A DNA stretch of 18,618 bases, taken from Armatimonadota bacterium (GTDB taxonomy: Bacteria; Armatimonadota; UBA5829; DTLH01). A program made the translations under genes and the position numbers. Positions 16,013-18,618 of this stretch are shown here, in pieces; the stretch's first letter is position 1; each line of letters starts with the position of its first letter. Location of the stretch: contig JBDKSP010000028.1 in NCBI GenBank assembly GCA_039680575.1, positions 1 through 18,618 of the forward strand, given 5' to 3'. The notes beneath the pieces are model-generated. The model was given only the letters and a program-made list of their open reading frames with translations, was not told the origin of the DNA and searched no databases.

Positions 16013-17194
16013 CTAGATAATCGCCAGTTCCTTGCCGACCTTCTCAAAGGCTTCGAGCGCTTTATCGAGTTCTTCCTTGGTATGCGTCGCAGTCACGATC
16101 GTACGGACTCTGGACTTTGCCTCTGGGACTGTTGGATAGCCTATTCCCTGAGCGAATACACCTTCATCGAACAATCTGTCTGAAAGTTTCATCGCAAGCG
16201 CGCCTTTACCGACGATTACCGGGGTAATCGGTGTTTGGCTGTGGCCTGTGTCGAATCCGAGATTGTTGAGCCCTGCCTTGAAGTAGCGGGCGTTGTCCCA
16301 AAGCTTCTCGATTCTCTCAGGCTCGTTCAAAAGAACATCGATAGCCGCGATACACGACGCAACGACTGATGGCGGATGAGATGTGCTGAAGAGAAGCGCT
16401 CTGCCTCTGTGGATCATTAGGTCACGCAGCCTCTGGCTTCCAGCTACATAGCCGCCCATTGCGCCTATGGCTTTAGAGAGAGTTCCGACCTGGATATCGA
16501 CCCTGCCGTTTAAATCGAAGTGGTCGATGCTGCCCCGTCCGTTACGTCCCAAGACACCGCTGGAATGAGCATCATCCACCATAACGATCGCTTCGTACTC
16601 CTCCGCAAGCTCGACAATCTGCGGCAGCGGAGCGATGTCTCCGTCCATACTGAAAACGCCGTCCGTTACGATCAGTTTCTTCTTGATGTCCTTCGAGTTT
16701 TCGAGTACATCCTTCAAACTGTCCATATCGCTGTGCGCGTAGACTTTTCGCGCGGCCTTAGTCAGCCGGATACCGTCGATGATGCTCGCATGGTTCAGCT
16801 CGTCACTTATTACGAGATCGCCTTCTTCGAGAACAGAGCCGATAACGCCCTGGTTCGCGGCAAAACCGGACTGAAAAACAAGCGATGCTTCAGTATGCTT
16901 GAAATCAGCAAGTTTTCGCTCCAGTTCCTGGTGAATCTCCATCGTACCGGCTATTGTCCTGACGGATGCAGAGCCTACACCGAGGTCTTTAATAGCTTTA
17001 ATTGCAGCTTCGCGCATTTTGGGATGAGTAGTCAGCCCCAGGTAGTTGTTCGATGAAAGATTGATAACGGTTTTACCATCGAATATACTTGTAGGAAGCT
17101 GCTCGCCTTCGAGCACTCTAAGCTCACGATAGGCTCCCCTTTCTTTCAGCGAATTGAGAATCCCATCAATGAAATCCATAGCTTTTGCTGTCAT
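16013..17194 (-). CDS. kbl: Glycine C-acetyltransferase (2-amino-3-ketobutyrate CoA ligase)
   Basis: [36 protein letters not shown] lysine in GTLSKA; directly downstream of tdh. Start ATG 17194 with SD GAGGT. Confidence 0.9.
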   Translation of the reverse strand: MTAKAMDFIDGILNSLKERGAYRELRVLEGEQLPTSIFDGKTVINLSSNNYLGLTTHPKMREAAIKAIKDLGVGSASVRTIAGTMEIHQELERKLADFKHTEASLVFQSGFAANQGVIGSVLEEGDLVISDELNHASIIDGIRLTKAARKVYAHSDMDSLKDVLENSKDIKKKLIVTDGVFSMDGDIAPLPQIVELAEEYEAIVMVDDAHSSGVLGRNGRGSIDHFDLNGRVDIQVGTLSKAIGAMGGYVAGSQRLRDLMIHRGRALLFSTSHPPSVVASCIAAIDVLLNEPERIEKLWDNARYFKAGLNNLGFDTGHSQTPITPVIVGKGALAMKLSDRLFDEGVFAQGIGYPTVPEAKSRVRTIVTATHTKEELDKALEAFEKVGKELAII

Positions 17195-17204
17195 GTTTTT
17201 ACCT

Positions 17205-18233
17205 CTAAGGATACAGGATGACTTTTCCACAGCGACCGGATGCCATGATCTCCATCGCTTTGTCCACTTCCTCGAACTTCATCTTGTGCGTGACGACAGG
17301 CATCAGGTCCACTCTGCCGGACTGGATCAGCCTCATTACCTGGTACCAGGTCTCATACATCCTTCGACCGTGGATACCCTTCATTGTGATGCCTCTCATG
17401 ACTACGTCATTTGCGAGGTCTATAGTTACAGGCGATTTCGGCAGGCCGAGAATTGTAACCTGTCCGCCTGAGCGAGTCATCTTGATCGCGTTATCGATCC
17501 CCTTAGCGTTACCGGACATCTCAAGGACTACATCGAAGCCGGTGCCGTCTGTAAGGTCTTTCGCCACGGCGAGAGGGTCTTCTTTGGCGGAGTCGACTAT
17601 ACGGTCTGCGCCCATCTGTTCCGCCATCTTCATTCTGACTTCGGAAACATCGAACCCTACAATCTTTGTCGCGCCGGCCGCGCGGGCTATCTGTATGGAC
17701 GCAAGCCCGATAGGTCCACATCCAACTACAGCCATATTCATTCCAGCAACATCTCCTGCGAAGACGGTGTGGACAGCGTTTCCGATGGGGTCGAAGATTG
17801 CTGCAAGTTCGGTGGGGATGCTCTCGTCGAGCTTCCAGATATACTGTTCCGGGATGGAAACGTACTCGGCGAATGCACCATTACGATCTACGCCGCAAAG
17901 CTGGACATTGGCGCAGATATGACGCTGATTAGTCTTGCACTGGTAACAGTTTTCGCAGGTCATATGACACTCGGCGCTCACATAATCACCGACGGAGACT
18001 TTGGTAACATCTGAGCCGATCTCTACTACATCGCCGCAGAATTCATGTCCGAGGATTACAGGGGGTTTGACTCTTCCTGCTGACCATTCGTCCCAGGAAT
18101 AAATATGAAGATCGGTTCCGCAGATTCCGGCAGCTCTAACCTTGATAAGGACATCTCTGCTGCCGATTCTCGGCTCCTTGACCTGGAGGACATCCAAACC
18201 GGGGCCGGGATTCGATTTTACAATGGCTTTCAT
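17205..18233 (-). CDS. tdh: L-threonine 3-dehydrogenase
   Basis: [19 protein letters not shown], structural Zn C..C..C.......[28 protein letters not shown]. Confidence 0.96.
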   Translation of the reverse strand: MKAIVKSNPGPGLDVLQVKEPRIGSRDVLIKVRAAGICGTDLHIYSWDEWSAGRVKPPVILGHEFCGDVVEIGSDVTKVSVGDYVSAECHMTCENCYQCKTNQRHICANVQLCGVDRNGAFAEYVSIPEQYIWKLDESIPTELAAIFDPIGNAVHTVFAGDVAGMNMAVVGCGPIGLASIQIARAAGATKIVGFDVSEVRMKMAEQMGADRIVDSAKEDPLAVAKDLTDGTGFDVVLEMSGNAKGIDNAIKMTRSGGQVTILGLPKSPVTIDLANDVVMRGITMKGIHGRRMYETWYQVMRLIQSGRVDLMPVVTHKMKFEEVDKAMEIMASGRCGKVILYP

Positions 18234-18513
18234 CTATCCATGCCTTTCCTTCTGCTGCGTCTGTCTTTTAGCTGAGCTTCGCAGCGCCATTTATAAAGAA
18301 CGGGCACAGCGGCGCTTTGGTTTACATTTCTTTATGTCCGTCCGGTATCTACCCGCAATTATCCATATTTCATATTGTCTTTAGAGTGCCAAACTCTGCG
18401 GATGGGTAAACTTATTAGGGCTATCTTCCGGACGACATTAGACTTAACCTTAATATAATAGCACATCCGAACCGGCGGATGCTACGGGAGCAGCAGGGCG
18501 AACGCATCTTATT

Positions 18514-18618
18514 CTAGCTCACGAAAATCTTTTCGAGATAAGAGTTGTCCCAGCCAGCTTTCTTAATACGGACTCTGACGCTGGACTTAGCTGACGTAGT
18601 TGCTCTTTTAATGGAATT
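18514..18618 (-). CDS. Possible 3' end of an upstream gene running off the window
   Basis: Open frame ...SVRVRIKKAGWDNSYLEKIFVS* followed by a hairpin at about 18464-18483. A second frame is also open, so the frame is uncertain. Confidence 0.3.
   Translation of the reverse strand, partial: NSIKRATTSAKSSVRVRIKKAGWDNSYLEKIFVS

Noticed and set aside
17218..17922. 234-aa plus-strand ORF (and similar antisense ORFs over kbl, purC, accB, wzc, asparaginase)
   Set aside because: Shadow frames of conserved genes on the opposite strand.
18521..18546. Fourth copy of the structured element (ACGAAAATCTTT...AGAGTT)
   Set aside because: A 12-bp match only, with no stem-1 left arm, and probably inside a coding 3' end.

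Overview
Bacterial chromosomal window of moderate GC; the gene style suggests an Armatimonadota/PVC-like lineage, which is inference only. Left (minus strand): a five-gene metal-handling operon resembling zrgABCD/PA4063-66, made of a LolD-type ATPase, an FtsX/MacB-type permease, a parvulin/SurA-like foldase with a CACC motif, a His-rich lipoprotein and a tandem DUF3299-like protein. It is headed by a small exported HxH/CxxC protein ending in RSPP, a DUF2946/CruR-like candidate arrest peptide. Next come a glycosylasparaginase-like Ntn hydrolase, comF, a cold-shock protein, a DUF1540-like small protein, a secreted GH-A-like/CBM9-like protein, purC, accB, a stand-alone wza/wzc-like pair, a CGTC-type REP with tandem end repeats, and kbl-tdh. 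The most striking unexplained signal is a non-coding structured element of about 165 bp. It occurs as two inverted copies (5383-5546 minus, 6716-6879 plus) with a 33/34-bp identical core and compensatory base changes in its stems, plus a shortened third copy (1747-1802 minus). All three copies are in sense orientation directly in front of a ribosome-binding site.
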